NCBI RefSeq assembly: GCF_002571385.2
Contig: NW_019218018.1
Span: 359,257-423,256 of the forward strand
DNA: 64,000 nt
Source: Stylophora pistillata
Taxonomy: Eukaryota
Direction: 5' to 3'
Shown here: one piece after another, positions 61,001 through 64,000 of the stretch
Numbering within the stretch: position 1 is the first letter of the stretch
Layout: every line of letters begins with the position of its first letter
Position numbers and translations under genes: made by a program
The notes under the pieces: model-generated
Databases searched by the model: none
What the model was told of the DNA's origin: nothing
Seen by the model: only the letters and a program-made list of their open reading frames with translations

Positions 61001-63995
61001 CCAGTTGGACATTGTTCAGCAGACAAACATTGATGCAGGTGAAGAAATTTGCCTTCTTGACAACTGGTGCATTTGGTGGGCGCTATAGCATCACAATGTT
61101 TACATGACGACAAACAAGGAACACAGGTGCCATTTGAGGATTTCCCATACTGACCTAAAATGACATCCATCAAATCAATCCATATCTTATGAACATCAAG
61201 TATTAAAGAATAATATTGGATCATGATTATGACAGGCTTGTCAAGACCGTACTACGTAACCTGACTGGTTGGTGGTTTCTCGGACATTTTTTGAAAACGA
61301 TGACGGTAGAACTGCGGAAAACATCTGGTAGATTTTTCCTTCCTGTTTCTCTTACGGCTCTGCCATTCATAAACAGCGGAACCAATGGACAGATTAGGCT
61401 AAGCCTATTAAAAGTGAAATCAAAGTTGAGGTTGTCATCTGCAAGCTTACACACTACTATCAGTCAACGTACCCTCAGGACAACTTTCAACACATGTTCC
61501 AACTGGGGTTTCAGTCCTAAAGTGTCCCTTGCTACAAGACAGACAATCGGATGTTGAAGAACCTACACAACTGCTGCACGAAGCAAAACAGGGTTTACAT
61601 TCGCGGCTTTCTTTATCCCCATAGAGTCCACTTGGGCAAGATGCCTTACACTCTCCCCCATGCAGGAAAAGTTGCTGCTGAGTTTCTTTAGTGCCACATT
61701 CTGTGCAGGAGCTCGCATCACCAGCATGACATTTACGACACGAGGGGTGACAAGTCTTACACTGTCCGTCGTCGGCTAAGTACTGTCCATCCACACATTT
61801 AGCTACACATTTGCTGAAATGATGCCTGTACTGTGATGTGCAGGAAGCACATGACGTTGCATTACCGGCACAAGTCAAACACGACTTGTCACACTTTCCG
61901 CACATCAAAATAGAATCATTGACATGTTTGTACCAGCCATCAGGGCAAAAGTTCACACAACTTCCATTGTTCAGAATAAGAGGTGGATGACAAGATAGAC
62001 AGTTAGAAGAGTTAGGTCCATAACAAGTTGCGCAGGTTGGACTGCAAGGAGTACAAAGTTTTGCAGTCAGATCTCTGTACTCTGTCTTGGTGCAATCGGC
62101 AACACACTCCTACAAAAAAGAATAGTTGTACTGATAATGTCGTACCAAAGAGATTGCTACATCCTTTAATGTAATAGCATACAACATGAACTAAAAGTGT
62201 CTCTTGAACCAGACGCAATATCCAAGGGCATAAACTCGTGACTGTAAACTGCACAATAGTCTTACCATGGAGATCTTAAGCTTACATTCCTTAATTTTGG
62301 TGGTTCCCTTGGGGGCTACGATACGCTAAGAAACGTAAATGTGTACGCAGCTGTAAATGTGTGTGTTACTGAAAAGGTGCAGACTTTCACAGCATGATAT
62401 TTTATCCCTTTTAGTTCAAAGGTGATATCAATATTCTTGACAGCTGTTGGTCCACTAAACCACATGAAACTAATTACATGAAGATCTTTCAATACGATGA
62501 TAAATACAATAAATACAACAAAATTTTCCAACAGCAGTTACTCATTGTGATTTAGTCATTACCAACGAGTTACCCTTACATGGCTGGTACTACTTCTAAA
62601 GTGCTTGCACTCTTTGCATTGGTCTGCTCTTGGTCCAGTGCATCCATTTTGGCATTCCAAGTTGCAAGCAGGTACTGGTTCCTTTGTAGAATCACTAGGT
62701 TGCGGTGGTTCTGATGTTCCATAAGTAATCAAATACCAATTCTTGAGTGTACCACTATTTCGAGAAGCACCTGGAAAAAATAAACCACAAAAAACACTTA
62801 CTTAATCGTGCCTTGTTATCCATCCTTTCTTCCTCTTCCCTCTTATGGTACCATGAAACTTTAGTGACACAAGGCCACAAACAGATTCGCATCCACTTCT
62901 GGTTGTGTGAGCGGTTTTCTTTCTAGTATCGTTATGGATTAGAATTATTTCGTTCTCAGTGACTAGCACACCCTTAAGAAAAGGCACAAGTCACGCAACA
63001 CCATTTTAAAGGTCATTCTTCGTTGACAAATAATACATACATGAACCAGCACACAAGATTTATGAGAATATGAACATTTGAGTAAACAATTGTATTTTAA
63101 GGCAGTGAGCTTTCCTCACCATGGTTTTCAATCTCCAATGTCCAGGTTCCTTTTGGGTCTTCACCCCATGTGTGAGTTGACATGAATTCCCAATCTGTAA
63201 AGCCAGCACTAGAGTAGTCTTCCCTTCGCCGAGGCAATAAAACTGAAGCTGTACCACGAGGGGAAATCAGCTTAATGGTGAGGTCTCCACGTCGTGTAAA
63301 AGTCAAGGTTAAGACCACTTGGACATGTTCCAAGTACCGTACATAGCGGTCACCACCTGAACAAGCTGTTGCGTCAATAGTCACCTTTAAAGAGCCAGTT
63401 CCAGGAATAGGTCTGAAGGAAAAATGTAAAATAATGGGCGGTAAATTAAATGGAAAAAAGGACTCCTGATCCTTCATAATGTGTTTTCATTCATTCTGGT
63501 CCAACTATAGTAACTAGACTATGAGCAGTCCCTGTTCCTCAGCAATGTCTGTCACACAAGTAAAAGAAAGAGACTTAATTTAAAGATTAAGATTAACTTA
63601 GATTAATTTGGTTGAGACCAGAAAAAAATGGATCATGAAGAACCTTTTTAAAAATTTCTGAGCAATATCTGCAAGATCAAGGTCCTTACTGTGGTTGGCC
63701 ATTTTGAGTTGCAGGTGTTGGGCATTATCAAAACTATCTTTCAGATAATTAAATGTTTTAATTCAAGGATCACCTCTGCTGTGCTTCAGGTATTTCACGG
63801 CAGATGTGCTGGGCTGGCACAGTTTTCCACTTCCTTGCAAGGTTGACGAGTGCTAAAGCATCAAGTAACCCATAACCAAACTTGTGGCTGACCTTCCTCC
63901 CAACTGCATTTACAACAAAGTCATCAGATTTTAACTTGGCATTGGATGATGTTCGAACAACAAGATGCTGCATATCCCTCCAACTCAGGTTACGA
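58023..63995 (-). CDS. PCSK5: Proprotein convertase subtilisin/kexin type 5-like (PC5/6B, membrane-bound), 3' part
   Basis: Exons 63995-63774 (LSWRDMQHLVV...SHKFGYGLLDA), 63412-63120 (P domain: LEHVQV, RRGDL, FMSTHTWGEDPKG), 62770-62580, 62109-61451, a probable mini-exon near 61324-61261, about 61153-60833, 60666-60449, 60063-59371, 59032-58023. Many furin-like Cys-rich repeats, a TM helix, and a tail with YTSV and acidic clusters. Confidence 0.92.
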
Positions 63996-64000
63996 CTGGA

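Overview
AT-rich animal genomic DNA with spliceosomal introns and six N-gaps. The repeat families (tRNA-SINEs, Penelope elements with hammerhead cores, hAT5 and Harbinger-type MITEs) suggest an anthozoan cnidarian, probably a stony coral; this is inference. Genes in order: two tandem ALDH1/ALDH2-family aldehyde dehydrogenases (minus); a cluster of three intronless secreted prepropeptide genes carrying repeated C-P-P-G-[VMF]-W-x-C cassettes between basic cleavage sites; a secreted VWA+PAN protein with an antisense intronic tRNA-Leu(CAG); two intronless BTB-BACK-Kelch paralogs; SFR1 head-to-head with a C3orf38 homolog; a RIT-family GTPase; and the 3' part of a membrane-bound PCSK5/furin-like proprotein convertase. 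The best candidate for an undescribed system is the 18.6-24.8 kb cluster of putative disulfide-cyclised GLW-like peptide precursors, which shows module duplication and independent module loss. The second is an ALDH copy whose mitochondrial-presequence-like leader is broken by a single in-frame TGA. All exon boundaries were read by eye from GT-AG sites and frame continuity; no database searches were run.
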